DNA of 64,000 nucleotides from Octopus sinensis (taxonomy: Eukaryota): the NCBI RefSeq assembly GCF_006345805.1, contig NC_043010.1, positions 45,880,001-45,944,000 on the forward strand. The letters run 5' to 3'. The notes below the pieces were generated by a model. The model saw only the letters and a list, made by a program, of their open reading frames with translations, searched no databases and was not told the origin of the DNA. This document shows, piece by piece, positions 1 through 13,224 of this stretch (positions are counted from its first letter, which is position 1; the number at the start of each line of letters is the position of its first letter). The translations under genes and the position numbers were made by a program.

Positions 1-170
1 TATCTGCTCCCTATTGAGGATTATACATTACTGATTTTTTTTTTTTCATTATGTTAATCTTGTTTACACGCAAAACCCTCACAACACACACACACACACA
101 CATTCTTTGCTTTGTCCTGTACTGTCCATAATGTTTTCTTGATGTAAACCCTTTCTAGTTAATAAAGAAA

Positions 171-186
171 TTATTATTATTATTAA

Positions 187-262
<76 letters not shown>
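171..262. repeat. Compound (TTA)n(GTA)n microsatellite
   Basis: Direct reading. Confidence 0.95.
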
Positions 263-263
<1 letters not shown>

Positions 264-269
264 TATTTT

Positions 270-700
270 ACTTCGCCAGTAATTGTAAGGATTATCGAGG
301 GTGGGGTTCCACCAAGAATCAAAACTGGGAATCATGGGTCAACTCCTCTTCGCTGGTTTACCACACAAAATACTACGGAAACCTATTCTAAAGTGGTATA
401 AGGAAACCGGAAAACTGGACTGATACAGAGACAAGTTGACAAACGGAGAACACGACAGAGATGACGAGGAAGAGACCGTTACTATGTTATTTGTTGATGT
501 TGGTAACTAAAATGGCAATTACCAGCGAAGTAATATCAGTTTGAAAGTTCGGCGGCGTTAACTCGGATCATATTCAAACATCCCGCCAGTGAGTAATGGC
601 TGCAGCCGATTCTATAACAAAAACAAAACCGTTTGAGGAAGGGGATTCTCTAATGGAAAATGCATTGGCCCCTGTATCGCTTAAGGTAAGTGTTGTCGCA
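270..700. promoter_or_regulatory. CpG-enriched putative promoter/5' region of the alpha-catenin-like gene
   Basis: Roughly 20 CpGs in about 430 bp around exon 1, against visible CpG depletion in most intronic DNA. Confidence 0.5.
596..685 (+). CDS. alpha-catenin-like gene, exon 1 ([30 protein letters not shown])
   Basis: ATG at 596, 90 nt, donor AAG|GTAAG, phase 0; C-terminal half resembles the family N-terminal helix (ERLLEPLVTQ / ESILEPVAQQ); lies in a CpG-rich zone. Confidence 0.8.
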
Positions 701-1512
701 GGTGGTAGGAGAAAAATCAAACAATATACTACTATATTGCTTTTATAATATAATGTCTTAAGATTCTTTGTTCGGTCTAATGGTGTTAGACATCAACTCA
801 ATATGATGATGGTCAAGTGTTATTTTAAGGCAAACGAAGAAACTTTATATATATATATATATGATGTGTTATAATAAATAAAAAGGTTATATAGATTAAT
901 AATACTTGATATTAAGGCTAATGATTAATTATTTATGCACAGACAGATTTGTAAGGGATGGGGTTGTGTGACAATCATTTCTTCAAAGTGATGTTATTTT
1001 CGATCGATAACACGATGGATTTTTGGTATATTGCTAGTTGAGTAACAACAAAAGAAAACAATATATCAATATGTCAAATACTATTTTTAAACAGAAATAT
1101 GGAAATCTCTAAACTGAACTAGTTTCTCTGTTTAAATTATCCTCCTTTAAAAAAAAAACCCAGTCGTAATAGGCATTGTGTTTATGCGAGCCTTTTAATA
1201 AGTTAAAGGGCTCTTATTTCACTTTCACAATTAACAGAACACCTAGTGTACGTTCCTTAGGGTGCGGGTATAATTAGTTGTACAGGCTATTATAACCTGG
1301 TGTTTGTTATATAAAACCTCAGTAAATATGAAAGAGAATGTCGTTTGCTGTGACATTTAAGGAAGGATAGAATTTATTAATGAGAGTAGGGACTAATTAT
1401 ATCGGAAATTTGGAAATCCGCACGCATTCCTGATCGGCATAGGATATATTAACGTCAACGTTGGCTCCATTCACCCTACATAGCATTTAAGTAAGAACAG
1501 TGAGGTGTCGAA

Positions 1513-1550
<38 letters not shown>

Positions 1551-1887
1551 AGTGTGTATCCTAAATATTTAGTTCGGATTTTCGCTGCACCATCGCTGTC
1601 TGTTGAATAACAGACAGGAGACACTTTTTTTTATTTTGTAAAGGCGACATGGAGAATGGCAGTGCCTCAGTTTAAAGGCGACATGTGTGAGCCATTTCCA
1701 GCTAGGGATGGATAATGAGTTGTAAGCTTAGTTCTTGAAAGTAGCCCCTTATACAATTCTTTTGTTGAAATTATGATTGATAAAGATAATGAAAATGATT
1801 TCTTTTCTTTGAAAAGTAACTGATTATAGAAATTTACATACAAAATACACATTCTTGTTTGCACTTTAGTATATTTCTCTCCCTCTC

Positions 1888-1948
<61 letters not shown>

Positions 1949-1958
1949 ATCTACCTAC

Positions 1959-2020
<62 letters not shown>

Positions 2021-2028
2021 ATCTATCA

Positions 2029-2077
<49 letters not shown>

Positions 2078-2110
2078 CCTACCTATCTACCTATCTATCT
2101 ATCTATCTAC

Positions 2111-2181
<71 letters not shown>

Positions 2182-2259
2182 GTGTATGTGTACACCCATA
2201 AGTTAGTTTACAAAGTGCTTACATGTATGTATGTATGCATGTATGTATGTATGTATGTA

Positions 2260-2290
<31 letters not shown>

Positions 2291-2754
2291 ATATATGTAT
2301 GCATGTATCTGTGTATGTGCGTGCGTGCATATGTATTGTTTACACTTGGGCGCTTATATCGCACATTTTCACACGCACACAAACATTTCTGAATAAGAAC
2401 TCGAGAAAGTATTCGATCCTAGGAGTAGAGTGGTATATTAATTTTATCCAACTGGAACTTTACAAATTATCTGAGTTTTTTTATTGTATTTTTTTTTATT
2501 TAAGTCCTCAGTTTTCGCGCAAACCTCAGTTTAATAGACCTTGGACTGGTCGTAACCGAGAACCGAACCGAACAGTCATTCTTCGCATACAATATCTTAA
2601 CGTAATAGCGAAACTAATAATGCTTTCATCCTTTTTTTGGAATTCCTGTCTTTGGCCCATCTGATTAGTAGTGAACGATCGAGAAGAAATATAGATAAAT
2701 AGATGGAGATATATATGCATGTATACACACACACACACACACATGTACGTATAT

Positions 2755-2810
<56 letters not shown>

Positions 2811-2955
2811 TAAGGGTAGAAATCAATATTTATCAATTAAAACCAGTGGTCTAGCATATTAAAAAAAGAATCCGAAGATTAAAATATTTATATATACCAA
2901 TTAAGGACTGAACACGAAAAGTGACTGTCCACTTTTCGTGTTCAGTCCTTAATTG

Positions 2956-3001
<46 letters not shown>

Positions 3002-6000
3002 GCGCGCACCCACATGTATATATGTTCTTGCACATATAATTTGGGGTAGTCGAGGGTTTTTTAAATATTTTTTCAATGATCTCATTTACGATTATTGAAT
3101 ATTACTGGTGAAGGATGGAAAATAAATGAAAAAAAAAAAACTTTCAAAAACACTGCAACTATCCAAGCTTATCGTTTGTTTGTCAAAAGAAACTAGTCTT
3201 CTCATACCGGTCTTTGTTTTTAACACAAAAGACACCTAGATAGATAATTTCTCGCAGACACATTGATGTATGCATCCATGCATGCATACATGTGTGTGTA
3301 TGTATGTATTATGTTTGCATGCATATGTATGTGTGTATGTGTTCGTATGTGTGTACATAAATCTATGAAAATATTTATACATAGTTGTAAATATGGGAGT
3401 GTATACACGCACACACACACACACGCACACAAATATATATACAATTACGCACACCCGTTGCATAAAGTGACAGAAATTTTATCAAGGTACATAACATTAA
3501 ATAAGCATACATATTTTATATCATTTGGTGCTAGTTGATGATTCACTCTGTTGGGGTACTCGTGCCCGCGCGCTCTCAAATATCCCCGCAATACTATCGA
3601 TTCTGATACTAAGCCGTTAACAAAAGTATTTGCGTACACAGAATGCTCTAAACTTGCTTCTATAAACCTTATGATATGATTAATAATGCCTAACAGATAC
3701 GAAACCCGTATTTTATATTAGAAAACATCACCACTATTATTATTGCGATACTGTTTCCATTCCCGGTTCTATTGATTTCACTTCATTTATGTTATTTAAA
3801 TGTCACATCATCTCACCTCATTCCTATTCTTTTCTAGAATCTAGCTGTAAATTTGCTGTAAATTTGATTCAATTTTGTCGAATTAGATTACAATTAGCAT
3901 CTCTTTTATTTCCCACTGAAAGAATTGATCACTTTTATAAATAAATTTTAAATTACATAACTTTCACTCATTTTTTGAAACTGTTGTTAGATTCTTCCAG
4001 TGTTGTTTGGTAAATATCTGTTATAAGTACTTAATAAATATCACTTGAAATGTAGTTCAATTTCTATTTAAATACAAACATTCATTCAGACAATATATAA
4101 TGTTTAAATGTATTTACTGAAGTGCCCGTGTTGGGGATGGCGGTATTTTTTAAATTCTGAAAACTTTGATACTTTACTCGGTGGAACTCATTCCGTCGTG
4201 TTTTAATTATCTAGTTATGTAACCCCCTTAACTGCAAAATTAAATTTTATGGTTATTTCAGTCACTATGATAAATATTTACAGGCGTAGGAGTGGCTGTG
4301 TGGTAAGTAGCTTACTTACGAACCACATGGCAAGGTTTAGAATCAAAGGGCCTTAGAGTCAATGTTGCAAAGACCAAAGTTCTAGTAAGTAAGAAGCCAA
4401 AGACATCACACTCCCCTTCAGGTAGGTGGCCCTGCTTGATCTGTAGAAAAGGTGTAGGTAGAAACTCCATAAGATGTACCCAGTGTAAGCTATGGACACA
4501 AAAGAGGTGCAGCAACATCAAAGGAAGATTAATCGGGAAGATAGCTTTCAAGTGCAGCAGATGCACGAGGGCAATAAACACCACAGATGCTCAGAAAACA
4601 GACTCCATCACATTCCTGGGGAGAAACTAGAAGTAGTTGATAGCATCCGCTACCTAGGTGACCAAGTCTGTACTGGGGGGTGGGTGCTCAGAGAGTGTTA
4701 CCACTAGAATAAGAATAGCCTGGGCAAAGTTCAGAAAGCTTCTACCTCTACTGGTGACAAAAAGCCTCTCGCTCAGAGTGAAAGGTAGACTGTATGATGC
4801 ATATGTGCGAACTGCCATGCTTCACGGCAGTGAAAAATGGGCTGTGACTGCTGAAGACATGTGTAGGCTTGAAAGAAATGAAGCTAGCATGATCTGCTGG
4901 ATGTGTAATGTCAGTGTGCACACACGACTGAGTGTCAGCACCCTGAGAGAAATGTTAGACATAAGAATTATCCGATGTGGCGTGCAAGGGAGATATTTGC
5001 ATCGGTATGGTCATGCACTGTGGATTGACGAGGAGAGCTGTGTGAAGAAGTTCCACTCCCAAACAGTGGAAGGAATCTGGAGTAGAGGGAGACCCAGGAA
5101 GACATTGGATGAGGTGGTGAAGCATGACCTTCAAAAGTTGGGCCTCACAGAGGCAATGACAAAAGACCGAGACCTCTGGAGGTATGCTGTGACTGAGATG
5201 ACCCGGCAAATAGAGTGAGTCCACAGCTGTAACCTACACCAGTGTTGCATAACCAGCCCACTCAAAAGTACCTTGGATCGTATGGTGACATGCCGTGCTT
5301 GAGGAGACCTATTGAGTCAAGTACTCCGAGAGTGTAGTGGGTACTTTTACATGCCACTGGCACGGGGGCCAGTCAGGCGGTACTGGCAATGACCTCGCTC
5401 GAATCTTTTTACACATGCCACCAGCACAGGTGCCAGTAAGGCAACGATCACGCTTGAATGGTGCCCTTTTATGTGCCACTGGCATGGAAGCCAGTTAGCT
5501 GCTCTGGCAACGATCATGCTTGGATGGTGCTCTTGGCACCCTGCTAGCATGGGCACAAGTGCAAGTTTGGTGATGCTGGTAACGATCACGCTTGAATGGT
5601 GCCCTTTAAGTGTCACTGACACAGAAAGTATTAATGTTATTAGTGTTGTATTGCAGAAATTTTAAGTTTTATGTTTCAGCTTTGTCTTTAATCTTTTACT
5701 TGTTTTAGTTAGTGGACTGTAGCCATGCTGGGGCACTACCTTTAAGAATTTAACTGAACAAATCTCTTTTTGCCAAACCACTAAGTTATGGAGACATAAA
5801 CAAACCAACATCAAGTTGTCAAGCAGACAACTTTACATAGAAATCTTGGTAGCAGATATAGTCAAAGGCTTTACTTTTTGCATATGAAGAGCAACAACAT
5901 TGCTCTCACTAAAGTTCCTAAGTGCAAGAGACTACTGATGATGAATGTAGGATTGGCTTTATGCAAATGGCATTGTTGGTAAAAACTGAGGAAAGAGACC

Positions 6001-9000
6001 CAGTGTAATAAAGCGGACAGTGTTCACTGTCATTTTCAAAATATTAAAGTAGTAGTAATTAGGCCTATTGCTAATACTCTTGAACAAGGGCAAGTCCATT
6101 GTTTGTTCCCATGAGCTAGGGTAAATAAACAAACATATAACAATTTTCCAATATTTTTCTTTCATTTTTGGATTTTTTTTTCTCATGCCTCTGTTGATTG
6201 TGCATCCTTAGTCAGAGAACAGCAGATCTATAGACCACTCTTAGTTTTTTTAGTTAGCCATGTTTGTGGAAAGTGTTATGATTCTTGTGTGTGCGTATGT
6301 GTGTTGACCTGTGGCAACAGAATAACAACCATTAATCAGGAACTGCAGTTACTCACAATTAGTTGGTTAGCCATTGACATAGCATATGACTGTTTGATTA
6401 CAGATGGTCTGGGGCTACATAACAACACTAACAGCAACCATTAGTTAAGGAACAACAAACTTATAGCTGAAGTTGTTCAGTTGACTATCTTCATGTCATA
6501 GGACAGCTTGGTCAAGTCTGACATAGGGCTACACAGTCACAACCACTTATCAGAATGGAGGCGAAGGCAGGCAATGTTATATCCCTTGCAGAAGGACACA
6601 GCACAATGGTCCCAGTTAAGTGTACCTCTGCAGTTAGCAGGTATTAACTTCTTATATGTCTTTCAAACGTACACATGCAAATATACTTAAACCTACACAC
6701 AGACACACACACACATATGATAAATTATGATTATTATACTTTGATCTTAGTAAAAAATGCCATGAGCGATAATTTTTGAAAGTTATAATGAACTTGTGAA
6801 CTTAGAAATCCTATGTTAATCGAAGGGTGATAAATAGGTAGCTATCATAGGTAACATTCATAGATGGTACAAGACATATTCCTTGTAAATATTTGGCACA
6901 TAGGCAGAAATCCAACTGAAACCCTGTGGCTGATATGAATTCATAGAACATGAGCTTATAGTTCAAAACATTATACACTTCATTGAAACTTTTAAACAAA
7001 AACGAAAATGATAAAAGCCTTAATGTAGTTACTATAAACTAGAGCAAATCTTCTGTTAAATCACACTCTACTACCTTAAAGCAAAAGAAACATTAAAGAA
7101 TGTAGAACTAGGTGCATGACTCTTTAAGAATAAGTCTTGAGATACATGGGACCCTAAGGCCTAGATATGTATGATGTTCAGTCAGGGACCGCTTGAGATT
7201 ATTCAACAACTTTTAAAGAAACATGCAAGCATGAACATATACACTCACTATGAAGGAAGCTTGTATGTATGTACTTGTAGATACATAAGTACAGTGACCT
7301 CTTATTTGTCACTGTACTCCTAGACACACAGAAAGATAGAATGATCAAGGCTGGAAGGTCTTTGATGATAAGTCTACTGAATCAGATTGACATGGAATGA
7401 AACAATAATAATAGTTACACTTACAGAAAGAAAACTTAGGCTATTCCTATGTAAGAGTAAATTGATCTTAACATGTATGAAAATATGAAATAGGGTTTAC
7501 TCTTCTCTATGTTTTATTTGTAATGTGTTAAATGTGAATGCAATTTGAAGAAAGCTATATTTCGGAATGGAACAGTTACATACCTTTTAAGATCCTTGAT
7601 TGTATTGTCAACAGATTGTGTCATTAAATAAACTGATGGTGCTATTTTTATATATTAGCTTCTCAGATATTGTGCAGTTTGAAAGATCTTCATGTTGTAC
7701 GTATGGTATATTTTCCCAGAGTTTTGAGCATTGAACACAAATATTCCATCTTGATAAACGTTCATACCTATGCGAGTAGGAATTCTGGCAACACTTATTC
7801 ACATCATATTCAATCTTCAAGTATTTGAGTGTTTCTCTTGGGCTGTTTATTAAGGCACCTTCGAATGGTCTTTTTGTAAGAGGAAATATCCATTCATGTT
7901 CTGATATTGTCACTTTTGTGGCTCTTGTAGCATCATAGAAAGACTTTTCATTTGTGTGCCAAAAGAATATATCAAGGTATGGCCACTTGAATGGAATATT
8001 CATGCGAATAGGCACTGAAAGTTTTTTATGAAAGTATTTCCACTGAAAATTCGCTGGGGTGAACAGATAAAAGTCCTTTTGCTTTTTTACACTATTAATT
8101 AGGATGTTTTTGTGAGAATGCTCGACATAAATATCTATGTCATCATCCCAAGGTATAAATCCATGGTGGCGATAAGAGCCAAGAAGAGTCCCGCTTTTCA
8201 TAAAAAATGTTATATTATTCTGTGAGCAGATATCTATGAAATTTTGGAAAACATAAAGGAAAACTACTTTTTCTGTATAGGGAAGATAATGGGTAAAAGT
8301 CTGTATTATATTATTACTTTTAGGTGTGAGATCAAATGGCTTGAATGAACCAAGATGAGCTTTACTCAAATTGATTGTTAATCCACTTTCCTGTAGAATC
8401 TTGAATACAGTATAATTAGCTCTGTCCATGTAACATTCTTTCACAATAAGTTCTCCATCTAGAAGGATTTTGAAACAATTTCCTCTTTCTTCGGTAGGCT
8501 CAATTTTCAAAATGTTTGTATTTTTTATATCTGTTCTGTAATACATCATAAATAGAAAAGAGACTAAGGAGAGCAATATAAAGATATAAGATATCTTTAC
8601 TGCCATTTTGTAAAAAATATAATTTATGTTGGACAATTATAAACTCACACACACACATACTACATATGTGTGTACGTGTGTATGTATGTATGTGTGTGTG
8701 TGTATATATATATTCATATGAATGTGTTTTTATATGTAAATGTATGTGTAATATATTTTAACGATAATGCATAAGTTTGGTCTTGTTTGTATACATACCT
8801 TTATCTGTATAAATTTATATTCAAGCTGTATATAGATATGTGTATGTATATTTTATGTATATCTATGTTTGTGTGTGTGTGTGTGTGTGTGTGTCTGTGT
8901 GTGCATTCCTATGCCTCATAATGTATTATTTGTTCATTAGATTCTGTCAATTAGCTGCTAATCATTGGAGTGTTTAAATAATGTCTCAATTATTTTGTCA

Positions 9001-12000
9001 GTTATGTTGAGGGAGAACATCATTCACAGAATCCATAATTGTATCTTTTTTTTTTTTTTCGGTATTTTCAACACACTGGTAATGTTTCTGAAGATAATTT
9101 GGTACAGGATACGTGTGTGCATGTCAATTAGGTTATACTTGTCTGGTATTGACATACAATTATTTTACGGATTAGTCAGCTAAGGATGGGCTGTGATTGT
9201 AGCCTATATGGGTCCTCTCAGGGAATCAATATTGCTGATGTAAATGGTTGCCTATAGGAAAACAGAGCCAACAAAGGACGCACTGGATAATGAAGCTCTT
9301 GATGCATCATACCTGGTAGGAAGTTTTGATATTTGCAGCTGAAACATCTTTGATGATAAGTCTGTTTCATAATGATTATGCTACAAATATAGGAAGAGAA
9401 TTCTACAAGAGTGTAATTACGAAGAGGAAAGACTGAACAAAGTGTTTCGGGTGGAATCTGGAGTAAAGTGAAACACAGTAATGTAACAAGTGGTAGAGAA
9501 GCAGGAACAGGTGACAGGTGTAGCATGCGGTTTACAAATCCTGAGAAACAGAGGCTGTTGTAGTTGTAGTTGAAGAAACTGAGAGAAGGAACAGCAACAT
9601 CTATGAGCCAGTCATTGTAGTTGAGTGTGTCTTTGCCAATCAAGTAGTTGGTCCTTTTTGTTATACAGCCTGAAATGCTTGTGTGTGTGGCAGTGGGATT
9701 CTTCCAAATATGTGCGCAGTAGTCTAATATGAGTTGTCCTTAAGCATTGTAGAGGGTTAAAAACTGAGCAGGAGTGAAACATTTTTGAGAGCTCTGAAAG
9801 AAACCTTTGGGATGCATGAAATCATCATGAAAGTCATCAAAGAATATGAAACTTAGTAATTATAGCGACTTAGAAGAGTTTAGTTGTGTATTGTTCAAAG
9901 TGTAATGCAAGACTGTGTGCTGCGATTGTGTCTTTGCAAGTTGATAAAGATCAGCTTGTCATATCCTTATTGGAGAACATGAAACAGTGTATGTAATTGT
10001 GTGAGGTGTCTAGGATGCATGGAGAAAAAATGATAAAAATTTACTTGCTTTAATTGGATGCTGTCCTAATGCACCCATTACACATATAAATTGTCCATCA
10101 AAATGATGCAGAAAAGAATAGACGAAACCTTCCTAAAGAATATGAATGATAGAATATGAATTAGTAACTAAAGACAGGCATTATAAACTATGCCTAGCTG
10201 TTCAACATGAGTTGGTTATTGATTTTCCATTACAATGTTATATGTACAATGTGATTATCATGCTTCTGTGTCGTGTAAAAGAGGAGGGGAAAAATCAATT
10301 ACTTAGAAGGATCATGTATTTTTAAGGGGCTTCAATTCACACTACAGCTATTTTGTTTTGTCTCAAGGCAAAGATTGGTTCCTCACAGCTCCACATTTTA
10401 GGGAGGGAATTGTGGACTATATCAATACCAGTACTCGACTGGTACCTTTTTATTGACCCTGATGTGATGAAAGGCAAAGTTGACCTGACAAAATTTGAGC
10501 TCAGAACATAAAGGTACATGGCTACATGTCCCTATGTATTTTCTCATCTGATGCTGTACCACTCCTACAAATCCATAACTGCCTCTATGCAAGGAATATT
10601 AATTCTTGTTGTTGCTAGGTTATGATTTTCATTTATCTCTTATTTCATCTTTTTTTTTAACGATTGGAAAGAGCTATGCTCATGGTTATTGCAGGCCTTC
10701 AAAGACAGTCTGATGGAGCCATGATGAATCACGGTAATTTTTATTGAATACACTTTTCAGGTTTTCAGATGACCCAACCTGAAAACATTTATGGGATGAA
10801 TCAGCAGAGGAGTCTCTATATGGACACCTGATCAGGTAGAAATATAAACTAAATTGTGATCTTATGTCATATGGAAAAAATACTGGACGTTGTTGTCACA
10901 GATATTTTTTTTAAAATGTTGATATTTGTGGCTGGAATGCTTTTAATTGTTAGTCTGCTCACTCAGGGTTGGATTTTGAAACATATCTGGTTTAATATTA
11001 GTTGCCTTTAAATACAATTCTCAAGAAAGACTCCAATATTGGTTTTAAATTTTGGCTCACGACCAGCAATTTTGGGAGAGGGTTTAAATCAATTACATTG
11101 ACCCCAGTACTCAACTGGTACTTATACTATTGATCCTGATAGGATGAAAGGCAAAGTTCTATATTTAAGAGATGAGGAATTATGTACATTATTTACATTT
11201 GATGGATATTTGCCCACATTTTGTTTGTTGTTAACACAACATTTCAGCTGATATACTCTCCAGCCTTCATCAGGTGGCATTTGAACACAGAATGTAAAGG
11301 TGAATGAAATGCTGCTAAGCGTTTTTCCTGACATGCTAATGATTCTGCTAGCTCGTTACCTTAAGAATCTAATATTGATTTCTAATGTAAACAGACTACA
11401 TATTTTTGTGGGGAGTGGCTGAGAATGTAATCACTTCACCCAACCTTAGTGCATTAACCCATTAGTATTCAGATTACCTTATCAAATGTAATGCTTATTT
11501 AATCACACTGCTTTTAATTAATCATGCATTTGCCCTTAACTTTGAGATTTTGATGATGTGACTGCACATTTTAAGAACGACATTGTAGGATAGGTGTGAG
11601 GGGCTGGATCTAGTTGATTTGAACTTAAAACAAGGTAGAATACTTGGGGTAGATATATCTAGCTTAAATGCTAAAGGGTTAATGGTATGTGTTTGTTTAT
11701 TGACTTTAGATGGATGAAGATCTAAATTAACCTTGGTGGGATTTAAATCCAAGGTATTTTGTTTGGTATTCTGTTGATTCTGTCACCCTACTACTATTAA
11801 CTTTCTTTTACTTTGACTGTAGCTATGCTGAGACACCATCTTCAAGGGTTTTAGTTGAAGAAATCAACCCCCGTCTACTACTTATTCTTTTGGTCTCTTT
11901 TGCTGAACTGCTAGGTTATGAGGACATAAACAAACTAACACCTGTTGTCAAGCGGTGCACATGCACACACACACACACAATGGGGTTCTTTTAGTGCATC

Positions 12001-13165
12001 TCTACCAGATCCACTCAGAAGGCTTTTGTACACCTGGGTCTGTAGTAGAAGATATTTGGTCAAGGTGACATGCAGTGGGATTGAACCAGAAACCATGTGA
12101 TTGGGAAGCAGACTTCTTAGCAAATAGCCTTGCAAATAATATCTGCAAATAACTTTACGTTAGTATGGGTTTTGCCCTCCCTACTTTTTGTACCAGTTTC
12201 CTATGCTGAGGTTCCAACAATCTAACCAAAATACCAACATATCTTCCATTCAGTGAACTTTTAACATTGTGTTACTATAGTTTCAACTTAAAAACAATTT
12301 CACAATTCCTGACATCTGATCATTCCTTAATTATTTGTTAATGGTAGGTAACACAGTTTTTCTTTGGCTATATATAATGAAATCTATACCCTTTAGTGTG
12401 GGTCAGATAATTTCTGCGGGTAACATATCTCCTTTCCTTGTTTAAAACTAGTAGTAAATATCAACAGAAGCTCTTAGAAATTAGGATTGTAATTGAGACG
12501 TTAATATTGCTGTACTCTACTTTAGTGTCAGAATGCTTAACTTCTGCTTTTTTTACAGTAATTGGTCACACTAAGAAGGATGGACATTTGTAATGTATTG
12601 TAAATAGTGAAATAATGCTAGCGTTTTCTGAGGGAGATTCATTTTGTGGTTAGAAGTAAGGAAACACCAGATGTTAGCTGTGTAAGCAGAATATGTACCA
12701 TCACTGTAGCAATGTTTGCAGATTGTTGTGAATTTAAGTTAATACTTATCTTGAAGCTGATTACAGAATTGAAGATAATCTAAAAATGGTTTTGGTGGTG
12801 GTGGTAGTGGTGGTCGCAGTGGCTGTTGTTATTGGTGTTGTCATTCTTCAGAGATAGTTTTTTTGAACTTTTGCTGATGACCTTACAGAACACAACATTT
12901 ATGGCATATATAACTCCATTTAATCTTATCATTTTGTTAGTTTCCTAGCAGATGGCCAGTATGTGTGTGTCTGTTGGACTAATTCACATGATGAGACTAT
13001 TAGCACTTGACATTTAAACACAACTTGTTATTTGCAAGCCATTGTCAGTGCCGCTACACTTGCTAAAATTGGCAACCAAATCTTCCTCAGATCACACCCT
13101 TCTGTCTCAGACAAGCAAAAGATACATTGAATAATAAGCATATGTCCTGAATAATAATAATAATG

Positions 13166-13224
<59 letters not shown>

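Noticed and set aside
1859-2182. 107-aa ORF of IYLS repeats, and similar IY/HT/MYVC/poly-I/poly-N ORFs at 2182, 13087, 17705, 44877-45337, 54929, 56232 and 59614-60152
   Set aside because: These are translations of (CTAT)n, (TA)n, (CA)n, (ATGT)n and (TAA)n microsatellites, with no splice or homology support.
4436-4560. Cys-rich zinc-finger-like ORF as a host gene exon
   Set aside because: It is embedded between RT-region and C-terminal motifs of the RTE LINE fragment and frameshifted relative to them.
7608-8636. LicD ORF as a bacterial horizontal transfer, or as the fukutin/FKRP ortholog; TTG start at 8636
   Set aside because: The type II anchor, N-glycosylation sequons and polyA signal fit a eukaryotic secretory enzyme, and animals have native LicD-domain genes. 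It lacks the FKRP stem domain, so no ortholog symbol is given. The ATG at 8606 is the plausible start.
10761-10835. Exon-like segment with good acceptor(s) and a CAG|GTAGA donor in intron 1
   Set aside because: Stop codons in the required phase from either acceptor (10761: GTT TTC AGA TGA; 10769: ends ACC TGA). Exon 1 already joins exon 2 with family-consistent spacing. A poison exon cannot be excluded without RNA-seq.
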